Shown: positions 53,071-63,618 of the stretch, in pieces
How positions within the stretch are numbered: the first letter of the stretch is position 1
Layout of the letters: each line of letters starts with the position of its first letter
Source: Clostridia bacterium
Lineage (GTDB): Bacteria > Bacillota > Clostridia > Christensenellales > Aristaeellaceae
Length of the DNA stretch: 64,000 bases
Assembly (NCBI GenBank): GCA_045617125.1
Contig: JAZLIA010000034.1
Coordinates: 3,739-67,738, forward strand
Reading direction: 5' to 3'
Translations under genes and position numbers: made by a program
Notes under the pieces: model-generated
Database searches by the model: none
Told to the model about the DNA's origin: nothing
What the model saw: the letters and a program-made list of their open reading frames with translations, nothing else

Positions 53071-54966
53071 ATGAAGACCCGGAAAATCGTTTCCGTGCTG
53101 CTTGCGGCCGTGATGCTGATGACCCTCGTGTCATTCGCCTCTGGCGAAGCGGTAACATTCACCCAGTCCCCCTATCTGGACGGACAGGATCTGCCCAATG
53201 TGCAGGATCGTCTCCCCGTCGATGTGATGGTGGAAGACGTGGCCGAGGTTGGCCAGTACACCGATTACATCACCCTGCTGCAGGGCGGTTCTAGCAAATG
53301 GGGCCCCGGCAAGCCCACTGAGGAAGCGCTCTTCCGTTTCCGCACCGACGGCACCGTTGAACCCAACGTGGCCAAGGGCTTCGACGTGAACGAAGACTGC
53401 ACCGTGTGGACCATCTATCTGCGTGAAGGCATGAAGTGGTCTGACGGCGAACCCTTCACTTCTGAAGACTGCCGCTTCTTCTATGAAGAGTGCCTGCAGA
53501 CCGGCTTCACCGGCAAATCCACCTGGGAAGCGGTCAAGGCTGCGGACGCGAACGGCGAAATGCAGGTCGCGAAGCTGGACATCGTGAACGACACCACCTT
53601 CACCATGACCTTCGCTTCCTCCAAGCCCGAATTCCTTCGCGAGCTGGCCATCAACGGCAAGTGGTTCTTCGCTCCCAAGCACTGGCTGCAGGAATCCGTT
53701 GCTGTGTACAACGATCCCAACAAGACCGCCGAAGAAAAAGACGCCTATGCTCAGGCGCTGGGCTTCTCCGACATGAAGGCTCTGGGCAACAGCTACACCT
53801 ATTATTACTGGATCGTGAAGGATCGTCCCACCCTGCGCGGCTGGGTGATCGACGGTGACTTCAACGACGAAATGTGCGTGTGGAAGCGCAATCCCTACTA
53901 CTGGAAGGTGGATGCCGAGGGCAAGCAGCTGCCCTACATCGACGAGCTCCACTTCCGCCGCTACAGCGATGACAGCCAGGCCCTTCTGTGGATCATGGAC
54001 GGCACCTGCGATATCGGTTCTCTGGCTTTGACCGATGCCGAAACCGTGCTCAACAGCGACGCTAATGTGAACCTGGTTGAATGGTCCTCCACCGGCTGGA
54101 CCAGCGAATCCATGCAGCTGAACCTGGCTGTGCAGGATGAACTGAAGCGCCCCCTGTTCCAGGATGTCAATTTCCGTCATGCGCTCTCCATCATTGTGGA
54201 TCGCAACCAGATCGCTCAGCTGATCGACAACGGCTACACCGTGCCCGCTCAGTCTGCTCCCGGCGAAGGCGCTCAGGGCTATGACCCCGAGTGGACCAAC
54301 AAGTGGATCGAACAGGATCTGGATGCTGCCAAGGAACTGCTCACCGGCTGTGGCCTCGTGATGGGCGCGGACGGCTTCTGGGCCTTTGCCGACGGCACCA
54401 AGCTCACCCTCAACCTGCAGTATCAGGATGAAGCCCATGCCAACCTGGCTGAGCTGATCAAGAACGACCTGAACAAGGCCGGCATCGATGCGACCACCCG
54501 TATGTATGACCGTTCCATCATGGAAGAAATGCGTTCCGCCAACGAACACGAGATCGTGCTCAACTACGAAAACTTCGACACCTTCTCCATCTCCCTGCGT
54601 CCCGACTACTTCGTCCCGATGCGCGACTACTGCGTGTGGGGCTCCGCCTTCGGCCTGTGGTATCTGAGCCAGGTGGACGGCATCGAGCGTGAAGGCGCCG
54701 TGGAACCTCCTCAGGACGTGAAGGACATGCTGGATGCTTACACCGCAATGAAGAACGCCACCTCCTCTGAAGAAAAGGAAGGCTACGCTCTGAAGGTGCT
54801 CGACTGCCTGAAGGAAGGCATTTACGAGATCGGCTTCACCTCCTCCAACCCCGTGATCTACGCTGTCAATACCAATATGCACAACTTCCGTGAAGACGGT
54901 ATTGCCTGCGACGAATTCCGTGATCTGGGTCTGGCCAACTTCGCCTGCCTGTGGGTAAGCAAGTAA
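53071..54966 (+). CDS. ABC transporter substrate-binding protein, family 5 (Opp/Dpp-type)
   Basis: ATG at 53071 is preceded by AAGGAGG. Leader MKTRKIVSVLLAAVMLMTLVSFASGE has no Cys. About 630 aa, typical of family 5, with very strong codon bias. Confidence 0.75.
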   Translation: MKTRKIVSVLLAAVMLMTLVSFASGEAVTFTQSPYLDGQDLPNVQDRLPVDVMVEDVAEVGQYTDYITLLQGGSSKWGPGKPTEEALFRFRTDGTVEPNVAKGFDVNEDCTVWTIYLREGMKWSDGEPFTSEDCRFFYEECLQTGFTGKSTWEAVKAADANGEMQVAKLDIVNDTTFTMTFASSKPEFLRELAINGKWFFAPKHWLQESVAVYNDPNKTAEEKDAYAQALGFSDMKALGNSYTYYYWIVKDRPTLRGWVIDGDFNDEMCVWKRNPYYWKVDAEGKQLPYIDELHFRRYSDDSQALLWIMDGTCDIGSLALTDAETVLNSDANVNLVEWSSTGWTSESMQLNLAVQDELKRPLFQDVNFRHALSIIVDRNQIAQLIDNGYTVPAQSAPGEGAQGYDPEWTNKWIEQDLDAAKELLTGCGLVMGADGFWAFADGTKLTLNLQYQDEAHANLAELIKNDLNKAGIDATTRMYDRSIMEEMRSANEHEIVLNYENFDTFSISLRPDYFVPMRDYCVWGSAFGLWYLSQVDGIEREGAVEPPQDVKDMLDAYTAMKNATSSEEKEGYALKVLDCLKEGIYEIGFTSSNPVIYAVNTNMHNFREDGIACDEFRDLGLANFACLWVSK

Positions 54967-55077
54967 TGATCTTTCTCCGGTCCCGATAACAGGGCCGGAG
55001 GGGCGGGAAGGCACGATGCCTTCCCGCCCCGCATTTTCCGCCATCGTTTCAATCACAAGCAAGGAGGGAGAACGCGT

Positions 55078-56103
55078 ATGGGCAATTACATCTTAAAGCG
55101 CGTCCTTACATTCATCCCCATACTGCTGATCATGTCTCTCGTGATCTTTTTTATCATCCAATTGCCCCCCGGAGATTACCTCACCTCTTACGTGGCCGGC
55201 CTGAAGGCCGAAGGGCAAATCGTGGATGCCAGTGAAATGGCCAGCCTCAAGGAGCGCTATGGCCTGGATCAACCCTGGATCGTTCAATATTTCAAGTGGA
55301 TGGGCAACATTATTACCCATTTTGATTTCGGATATTCCTTCGACTATGAAAAGCCGGTGTGGCCGGTCATTGCCGAAGTGCTGCCGATGACGATCATCGT
55401 TTCCATCGTCACGATGCTGTTCAACTACCTGGTCGGCATCCCCATCGGCATATACAGCGCCGTTCACCAGTATTCAGTGGGAGATTACTGCTTCACCCTG
55501 TTGGGATTTTTGGGAATGGCGGTCCCTAATTTCCTGTTTGCCATTTTGCTGATGTACGGCACCTACATCTGGACCGGCACCGCCTTCATCGGCCTTTATT
55601 CCAACGAGATCCTTCTGGGTCTCAAGCAGGGCACCCTGCAGTGGTGGGATCTGCTCGTGCGCGGGGATTTCTGGGGAAGAATGGCGATTCCCATCATTGT
55701 GATCGGCACCTCCGGCACCTGCGGCACGCTGCGTTCCATGCGTGCTCAGATGCTGGATGAGCTGGGCCGCAACTATGTGCTGTGCGCCCGGGCCAAGGGT
55801 GTGTCTGAAAAGCGCATCATTTACAAATACTGCCTGCGTGCCGCGCTGAACCCCACGGTGAGCGGCTTGAGCGGTGTGCTTTCCCACATTTTCAACGGTT
55901 CCACCATCTCAGCCATTGTGATGAACCTGCAATTGGTGGGCCCCCGCCTGTATGACGCGCTGAAAGCGCAGGATATGTACCTTGCCGGCACCATCCTGCT
56001 GGTGATGGGCTTCCTGATCGTGGTGGGAACCCTGCTTTCCGATATTATGCTTGCCTGGCTGGATCCCCGCATCCGCTTTTCCGGAAGGAGGGCCGAAGCA
56101 TGA
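55078..56103 (+). CDS. ABC transporter permease (OppB/DppB-like)
   Basis: MGNYILKRVLTFIPILLIMSLVIFFIIQLPPGDY and YVLCARAKGVSEKRIIYKY (EAA region). Confidence 0.8.
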   Translation: MGNYILKRVLTFIPILLIMSLVIFFIIQLPPGDYLTSYVAGLKAEGQIVDASEMASLKERYGLDQPWIVQYFKWMGNIITHFDFGYSFDYEKPVWPVIAEVLPMTIIVSIVTMLFNYLVGIPIGIYSAVHQYSVGDYCFTLLGFLGMAVPNFLFAILLMYGTYIWTGTAFIGLYSNEILLGLKQGTLQWWDLLVRGDFWGRMAIPIIVIGTSGTCGTLRSMRAQMLDELGRNYVLCARAKGVSEKRIIYKYCLRAALNPTVSGLSGVLSHIFNGSTISAIVMNLQLVGPRLYDALKAQDMYLAGTILLVMGFLIVVGTLLSDIMLAWLDPRIRFSGRRAEA

Positions 56104-57290
56104 GTGAAGACAGAAAAGCGCTCCGCGCAGCCCGAAAGGCTGAAAAAGCGCGGATCAAGGAAGAAAAGTATTACCTGGCCTCCCAATGGAGCCTGATGGC
56201 CCGGAAACTGCGCAAGCATTCCCTGGCAAAGGTGTCTCTGATCATTCTGGGTTTCCTCTATTTTGTCGCGCTGTTCGGAGATTTTATTGCCCCCTACAAC
56301 CTCACCTCCTATGACGGCGACTGTAAGGATCTTCCCCCCACGACCGTCCATTTTATGCTGGACGGCAAGCTGACCGGCCCCTACATTTACAGATCCAGCT
56401 GGCAGACACTCAAAATGAGTGTGTCTGAAATGAGCAAGGCCAAAAAAGAAGCGGCCGAGCGGGGCGAGACCTTCTCCACCCGGAGGATCGTGACCGACGA
56501 GACCACGCCCCTTCCCATTCAGTTCTTTGTGCACGGATCCCCCTATAAGGTGCTGGGCTTCATCGACTGTGACCTGCATCTTTTCGGAGTGGAAAACGGA
56601 AAGGTGTTCCTCTTCGGCGCCGACAACATGGGGCGCGACCTTTTCAGCCGCATCATTCTGGGCAGCCAGGTATCCCTGACGATCCCCTTCGCGGGCACGC
56701 TCATCAGCTTTGTGCTGGGCCTGCTCATCGGCTCGGTTTCCGGTTACTTCGGCGGCTGGGTGGATAACGTGATCCAGCGTGTCATCGAGGTGCTCAATTC
56801 TCTTCCCTCCCTGCCCCTGTGGATGGCGCTTTCCGCCGCGATCCCGGCCGGCATTCCACCGGTGCAGATGTACCTGCTGATCACTGTGATCCTTTCCCTG
56901 ATCGGGTGGACCGGGCTGGCCCGCGTGGTGCGCGGAAAATTCATGAGCCTCAAAAATGAAGACTATGTGATGGCTGCCCGCCTGGCCGGTGTGAGCGACA
57001 TGAAGATCATTCTGAAGCACATGGTGCCCGGCTTCATGAGCTACCTGATCGTGAACCTCACCCTGGGCATTCCCAGCATGATCATCGGCGAGACCAGCAT
57101 GAGCTTCCTGGGCCTGGGCATCCAGGCGCCGGCCACCAGCTGGGGCGTGCTGCTCAAGGAGGCCCAGAATGTGACCAACATCGTGGAGCATCCCTGGTGC
57201 CTGATCCCACTGTTCTTTGTGGTGCTGGCGGTGCTGGCATTCAACTTCCTGGGCGACGGCATGCGCGACGCTGCGGACCCCTACAAGTGA
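56100..57290 (+). CDS. ABC transporter permease (OppC/DppC-like) with a basic N-terminal extension
   Basis: LFGADNMGRDLFSRIILGSQVSL and YVMAARLAGVSDMKIILKHMVP. ATGA overlap with the preceding gene. Confidence 0.8.
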   Translation: MSEDRKALRAARKAEKARIKEEKYYLASQWSLMARKLRKHSLAKVSLIILGFLYFVALFGDFIAPYNLTSYDGDCKDLPPTTVHFMLDGKLTGPYIYRSSWQTLKMSVSEMSKAKKEAAERGETFSTRRIVTDETTPLPIQFFVHGSPYKVLGFIDCDLHLFGVENGKVFLFGADNMGRDLFSRIILGSQVSLTIPFAGTLISFVLGLLIGSVSGYFGGWVDNVIQRVIEVLNSLPSLPLWMALSAAIPAGIPPVQMYLLITVILSLIGWTGLARVVRGKFMSLKNEDYVMAARLAGVSDMKIILKHMVPGFMSYLIVNLTLGIPSMIIGETSMSFLGLGIQAPATSWGVLLKEAQNVTNIVEHPWCLIPLFFVVLAVLAFNFLGDGMRDAADPYK

Positions 57291-57304
57291 CGGAGGTGGC
57301 GTAA

Positions 57305-58319
57305 ATGAGCGAAAACCAAGAACCGATCATCCGGGTGAAGGACCTGCGCGTCAGTATCAAAATGGATGAGGGGATGCTGACCCCCGTGCGCGGCGTCAGC
57401 TTTGACATTCGACCCGGTGAAACGCTGGGACTGGTGGGCGAATCCGGCTGCGGAAAAAGCCTTACCAGCAAAGCGATCTTAGGCATCAACGATAAAAAAT
57501 GCCGTTCCGAAGGCGAAATATGGTTTAGGGACGACAAGGATAACGTGACTGACCTTCTGAAATTGAACCCCCGCGGAAAAGAAATACGCCAGATCCGCGG
57601 AAAGCAGATCTCGATGATCTTCCAGGAGCCGATGGTAGCCTTCTCCCCGATGTATACCATTGGCAACCAGATCAACGAATGCACACGGCTGCATATCACG
57701 AAGGATAAAAAGGAATCCAAGGCGATCACTTTGGAAATGATGAAAAAAGTGGGCATCGCCAACGCGGAAAAACGCTACGACCAATATCCCCATGAGTTTT
57801 CCGGCGGCATGCTTCAGCGTGCCCTGATCGCAATGGCCCTGGTGTGCAAGCCGAGGCTGCTGATCGCCGATGAACCCACCACCGCCCTGGACGTGACCAT
57901 TCAGGCTCAGATCCTGGAATTGATGCAGGAATTGCAGAAGGAATTGGGCATGGCCATCCTCTTCATCACTCACGACCTGGGCACCGTTGCCAAAATGTGC
58001 GACCGGGTGGCCGTCATGTACCTTGGAAAGATCGTAGAGACCGGCACGGCAAGGGAGATCTACAAGCAGCCGGCGCATCCCTACACAAGAGGCCTGATGG
58101 GCAGTGTGCATAAGATCGGCACCCGCAAGCTGGACCGGCTCTTTTCCATCGACGGCACAGTTCCTCTGGCCCTCAACCTGAAGCCGGGCTGCGGCTTCTT
58201 TGACCGCTGTGATGTGCATGATGAACAGCTTTGCATGAAAAACGAGCCCGGGCTGATCTCGCTTGGCGGCACCCACTGCGCCGCCTGCATCCGCTGCATG
58301 GGAAAGGAGATGAAGCAGG

Positions 58320-58327
<8 letters not shown>
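57305..58327 (+). CDS. ABC transporter ATP-binding protein (OppD/DppD-like)
   Basis: GESGCGKSLTSKAILG, FSGGMLQRALIAMAL, LIADEPTTALDV, and the C-terminal oligopeptide-type region HPYTRGLM. Confidence 0.85.
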
Positions 58328-59342
<1,015 letters not shown>

Positions 59343-59394
59343 GGAACAGGATAAGCACAACTGACAACATGACCGAAGAAAGCTCTCTCCTGTA

Positions 59395-59558
59395 ATACTA
59401 AACGGGTTTTAAAAACTGAACAGATGCGCCGCATATTTTTCCCTCTGGCTAAGCTGAGTGGAGGGTGGCGTACGTGCAACGTACGTTTAACAGAATGAAG
59501 CAACGCCAGAGGGGAAAAGCTGCAAGCAGATGTTGGGTTTTTAAAATGAGTTTAGTAT
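59395..59558 (+). repeat. Roughly 164-nt hairpin-forming intergenic repeat, copy 2
   Basis: Hand alignment to 15562-15724 gives about 10 differences, including one 1-nt indel. Same orientation; it begins about 50 nt after the oppF-like stop codon. Confidence 0.85.
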
Positions 59559-59699
59559 AAGGCGGGATCTGCTCCGGTCATTTATTTCTTTATAATCGGG
59601 TCACTCAGTGATATACTGGAAGCGGTGAGCAGCTTTTCTTGTTCAGCCGTCCCATGCAGCCCCGTCTGCCCTGTCAAATGTACAACCCAAGGAGGAACC

Positions 59700-61052
59700 A
59701 TGGTCGATATCAGATATCGTGGGCCTTTATCTTACCGCGGGCTCCGCTTTATCGCATTGCTTGCCATGACACTGAGCCAGATCGCAGCCCTGTTTCTGGG
59801 GCTTCGAAGCATCGCAGCCTGGGCCGGAGAGGATTTTGCAAACCGTCTCATGGGTCCAAACGAGGTCATCGTCCTTACCCTTTTCCGATCTCTCGGAGGC
59901 ATCACCTTTCCGCTGCTGCTGATCTCTTCCATGTCCATCGTGGTTCGGAAACGGGAAAAGATCCTCCGCGTGATGCTGAACAACTTTCTGCTCGCAGCCA
60001 TCACCTATTGGTTCATTGTTTCGCTGGCGGAGGAGATGATCGTCATCCTGATCAAGACCCTCCCGAGGATTCTGCCGGACATCAAAAATCTGGATACGAC
60101 GCTGGCGATCCTGCTAAGCCGCGTAGTCGAGCATGCAACCAACGGAGATCTGATCAAAACGCTTTCCAACAGTGGGATCACACCGGAAATGATCGCCGCG
60201 ATGCTTGAATCCCTGACCGGCCAGGCCGTCAGTGCGGATCAGATGCTTTCCTCCATCAGCGACCCAAGCACCACGATGGGGCTTGCGGAGCTGATCATTC
60301 AGAGCATTCCGGCCATTCTGGATACGTTGGGGATCACCAGTGAGCAGGCAATGGATGAGATCGCAAGCTATATTACGCAGGAGATGGTCCGCAGCCATCT
60401 GAATGTGAATGTGTTTTTGGATCTTTTCCTGTGCACGGTGTTCTGGTTCTTTATCGCCTGGCAGCCGAAAAAGCTGGCAGGCGGGAAGCTGCTGCTGTTT
60501 CGCTGCTGCGCCGTATTCCCCATGCTTTATCTGGCCGTCGGCGCGTTCCTGTCGGGCATGAACCGGGTGGACTGGATCCAGCTGAGCCTGCCCCTCTGGG
60601 TTGTCGGCCTGCTTCCCAGCCGGAAGATCCCCGGCATTTTGCTGTTCCTCGCCATGACGCTTTATATCAAATACCGCGAGGCGGAGGAATTCCGACGCGG
60701 CGGAAACGCCGACACGTTCCGGAGCTTTCTGCAGACGAACCGCAACAGCCTGCATTTCGCGCTTTTCATGTGTGCGATCCTGCTCCTGCTGAGCGGAGCG
60801 GACTGGCTGCTTGGGCAGATCGACACCGCAAGGCTTTCCTCCTGGGGCATCGGTGTTTCTACGACCATGTATCTCGCGATCCCCTTTGTGCTGCTGTTCA
60901 GCTATAATCGGGAGCCGCGTTTCCGCATCCTGAACGCATTTGTTCCCGTATATTATGTGCTCAGCTTTTTCCTGATCTTCCTGCTCGTGCTGGCCACGAT
61001 CTACGCAGCGCCGCAGTTCTTAAACGGGGTCCCCCTCAGCGCCATTGAGTAG
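59700..61052 (+). CDS. Uncharacterised polytopic membrane protein (about 450 aa)
   Basis: ATG at 59700 is preceded by AAGGAGG. About 10 hydrophobic segments surround a soluble, helix-rich insert of about 110 aa (NLDTTLAILLSRVVEHATNGDLIKTLSNSGITPEMIAAMLESLTGQ...). Confidence 0.6.
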   Translation: MVDIRYRGPLSYRGLRFIALLAMTLSQIAALFLGLRSIAAWAGEDFANRLMGPNEVIVLTLFRSLGGITFPLLLISSMSIVVRKREKILRVMLNNFLLAAITYWFIVSLAEEMIVILIKTLPRILPDIKNLDTTLAILLSRVVEHATNGDLIKTLSNSGITPEMIAAMLESLTGQAVSADQMLSSISDPSTTMGLAELIIQSIPAILDTLGITSEQAMDEIASYITQEMVRSHLNVNVFLDLFLCTVFWFFIAWQPKKLAGGKLLLFRCCAVFPMLYLAVGAFLSGMNRVDWIQLSLPLWVVGLLPSRKIPGILLFLAMTLYIKYREAEEFRRGGNADTFRSFLQTNRNSLHFALFMCAILLLLSGADWLLGQIDTARLSSWGIGVSTTMYLAIPFVLLFSYNREPRFRILNAFVPVYYVLSFFLIFLLVLATIYAAPQFLNGVPLSAIE

Positions 61053-61123
61053 TGCGGACGCATCCGAAAAAAGAAAACGAAATACGATACTTCAATAAAA
61101 CGATAAATAGAAAGGAAAACATC

Positions 61124-62056
61124 ATGCCTTTTAATAAAAACGATCTGGCCTTCTCCACGATGTGGAACTATCGAAAAGCCTCCTCCGGAGACGAGCTGAT
61201 CGATCAGATATTGCAGCTGGGCTTTAAAAAGGTGGAGCTCAATTACCGGGTGAAACCGGAATGGCTGCCGCAGATCACAAAAAGGATCAAAGCAGGAGAG
61301 GTCGAAGCGGTGAGCGTTCACAATGTTTTTCCGGAAACAAAGGATGAACGCTTCGGCACCGACAGCGTGCTTCTGGGCTATGAGGATGATCGCCTTCGCC
61401 GCCGGGCAGTGGAGCTGGGCTGCCGTTCCATCGACCATGCCTGCGATCTGGGCGCAAAAGCGGTGGTGTTTCACCCCACTGAGGTGCCCCTTTCTCCCGA
61501 AAAATACGATATCCCCTTAAAAAAGTGGGTAGCTGCCAAACGGCAGGACAGCGAAAAATTCAAAGCTCTGCAGGCGGAAATGCTGAAAGCCCGGCAAGCC
61601 TCGCCCTATCTTGCACAAATAATGAAAAGCATTGAAGAATTGTGCGATCATGTGGTGAAAAACGGTTTATCCGTGCGTCTTGGCATGGAAAACCGGGCCA
61701 TGTGCCATCAGATCCCGATTTTTTCCGAGTTTGAACTGATCGCGGAACACTTTTCGGGCAGCCCTGCAGGCATCTGGCTGGATACCGGACACGCGATCAT
61801 GATGCAGGAATTGGGTCTTCAGCAGCTTCCCCTTCCAGAAAAAGCAGCTGGCTGCATCGTGGGCATGCATATTCATGACGCCGCGGACGGGCTGGACCAC
61901 TATGCCCCCTGCACCCTGCCCGGAAATGTTCTGACAGGCTTTGCTCCCTATATTTCTGCCTCGCCCATCCGGGTGCTGGAATTATCCGGGCGGCTGAGCG
62001 CACAGGAGATCCTGACCGGAACCGACCGTTTTATTCAGCTTTACGGCGCTCTGTAA
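61124..62056 (+). CDS. Sugar phosphate isomerase/epimerase (xylose isomerase-like TIM barrel, AP_endonuc_2)
   Basis: ATG at 61124 is preceded by AAAGGAAAA. GAKAVVFHP, RLGMEN, WLDTGHA and GMHIHD resemble the metal-ligand pattern of this fold. Confidence 0.65.
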   Translation: MPFNKNDLAFSTMWNYRKASSGDELIDQILQLGFKKVELNYRVKPEWLPQITKRIKAGEVEAVSVHNVFPETKDERFGTDSVLLGYEDDRLRRRAVELGCRSIDHACDLGAKAVVFHPTEVPLSPEKYDIPLKKWVAAKRQDSEKFKALQAEMLKARQASPYLAQIMKSIEELCDHVVKNGLSVRLGMENRAMCHQIPIFSEFELIAEHFSGSPAGIWLDTGHAIMMQELGLQQLPLPEKAAGCIVGMHIHDAADGLDHYAPCTLPGNVLTGFAPYISASPIRVLELSGRLSAQEILTGTDRFIQLYGAL

Positions 62057-62071
62057 CAGAAAGGAACAAAC

Positions 62072-62944
62072 ATGAAATGCATCTGCATTGATGGGGGCGG
62101 CACCTCCACCAAGCTGGCCGTGATCGAAAACGGCACCGATATCATTTACCGTGAAACGCGTCCATCTCTTCGGGGAGGGGACGCCACTGTAAGCCTGATC
62201 TCTTCCATGATCCAAAGCGCACAGGAACGGTTTCCAGATACACCGGCAGCCCTGTCCTTCGCCGGTTACATCACACCGGACGGAAGAGTGACCGGCAACC
62301 AGGTGGACCTGTGGGAATATCCCCTGCGGGAAAAGCTGATGGAGGCGACCGGAGACGACATTCCCGTGGAAAATGACGGTGTATGCGCCATGATCGCAGA
62401 AATCGAATATGGGGCGCTGAAGGGCTGCTCCACCGGGGTGCTGATCACGCTGGGCACAGGCATTGGCGGAGGCATCCTTTCTCAGGGACATATCTACCGC
62501 GGAAACACCGACCGCAACATGGAGATCGGCCACATGATCACCCACGCCTATGGCCGCAGATGCTCATGCGGACAAAGAGGCTGCTGGGAAGAATATGCTT
62601 CCTGCCCAGCCCTGAGCCGTTCCTGCGGCGGCCTTCCCGTGCGGAAGATCGTGGAAAAAGTGCGGCGGGGCGAATATGCACAGCAGTGGAGCGATCACAT
62701 CCGGGAGATCTGCCTGGGATTGATGTCGCTTGGAAGCCTGTTTTACCCGGAAAAGCTGGTGCTGGGCGGCGGGCTTGCCAACTGCGGCGATCTGCTTTTA
62801 CGATCCATCCGGCAGGAGCTTGAAAAGGATGAAGGCTGGCAGAACAACCTGAGCGGCATTCAGGTGTGCACGGCAGCATTTTTGAACGATGCCGGTGTGA
62901 TCGGGGCGGGAGTGCTGGGCGCAAGGCAGAAAACAAATGAGTAA
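62072..62944 (+). CDS. ROK-family sugar kinase
   Basis: MKCICIDGGGTSTKLAVIENG (ATP-binding DxGGT), LGTGIGGGI, and the zinc motif GHMI...CSCGQRGCWE. Confidence 0.8.
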   Translation: MKCICIDGGGTSTKLAVIENGTDIIYRETRPSLRGGDATVSLISSMIQSAQERFPDTPAALSFAGYITPDGRVTGNQVDLWEYPLREKLMEATGDDIPVENDGVCAMIAEIEYGALKGCSTGVLITLGTGIGGGILSQGHIYRGNTDRNMEIGHMITHAYGRRCSCGQRGCWEEYASCPALSRSCGGLPVRKIVEKVRRGEYAQQWSDHIREICLGLMSLGSLFYPEKLVLGGGLANCGDLLLRSIRQELEKDEGWQNNLSGIQVCTAAFLNDAGVIGAGVLGARQKTNE

Positions 62945-63146
62945 TACAGCGGTCTTTGCAGGGAGTACAAAGAGCACTGCATTTCTGCTGCTTCCCTGTT
63001 GGGCCTGCATTCCGGAAAAGAAGCACCGTCGGGGCCATTTCAACCTGCCCAATGCGGAAACCCCATCTCCCACAGGCCGAGATTTCTGACAGGGCACTGC
63101 GATTCCTGAATGGAAAACGAATTTCGGTATCCATAAGCAAAGGCTC

Positions 63147-63182
63147 TCTTCTGTATCTGAAAAATACAGAAGATTTTTTATT
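63147..63182 (+). terminator. Rho-independent terminator about 200 nt downstream of the ROK gene
   Basis: TCTTCTGTAT-CTGAAAA-ATACAGAAGA is a perfect 10-bp stem, followed by TTTTTTATTT. Confidence 0.55.
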
Positions 63183-63618
63183 TCTGTACAGTTGCTGTAC
63201 ACACCCCCTCAGCCTTAAGATGGCACTGTCACCGGAACGACCGGGAACCTCCTATCCAGACAGACCGGGAACCAAAGAGGCGCTGCCATGAATGCCTTTG
63301 GCTGAAGTTGGCGGAAACATCACGGGTACAGGATCCGGTATCCGTTTTATATAGATGGTTCTCTCAAGGCAGGGGCTCCGACCCCTGCCGTTTCACTTGA
63401 AGCGGCAACGCATTCATAAATAGGCAAAAAAACCTGTATATGACGGAATACTCCTTTTACCGTTCAACCGTTTTCAGAATCGGGACCGCCCAGCCATGAA
63501 ACACTGAATTCTCAGTGCTTTCATGATTTATTCAAACTTTGTTCACAATTTTCATTTATAATAAGTCCGTACCTGAAAAGGCACACTACCATTTCGACTG
63601 ACCCTGGAGGCGACAAAA

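Noticed and set aside
53131-55062. A 643-aa minus-strand ORF covering the whole family-5 binding-protein gene.
   Set aside because: The translation is Gly/Val/Ala/His-rich, low-complexity and not protein-like, whereas the plus-strand product has clear binding-protein features, an RBS and a leader. Strong C/G-ending codon bias in the sense gene removes TTA/CTA/TCA codons, so the antisense frame stays open. It is a shadow ORF.
62956-63291. A 111-aa plus-strand ORF and the overlapping minus-strand ORFs (62798-63202, 62538-63140) in the gap after the ROK gene.
   Set aside because: All have Cys/Pro/Arg-rich, non-protein-like translations and no RBS, and a strong terminator hairpin lies inside them.
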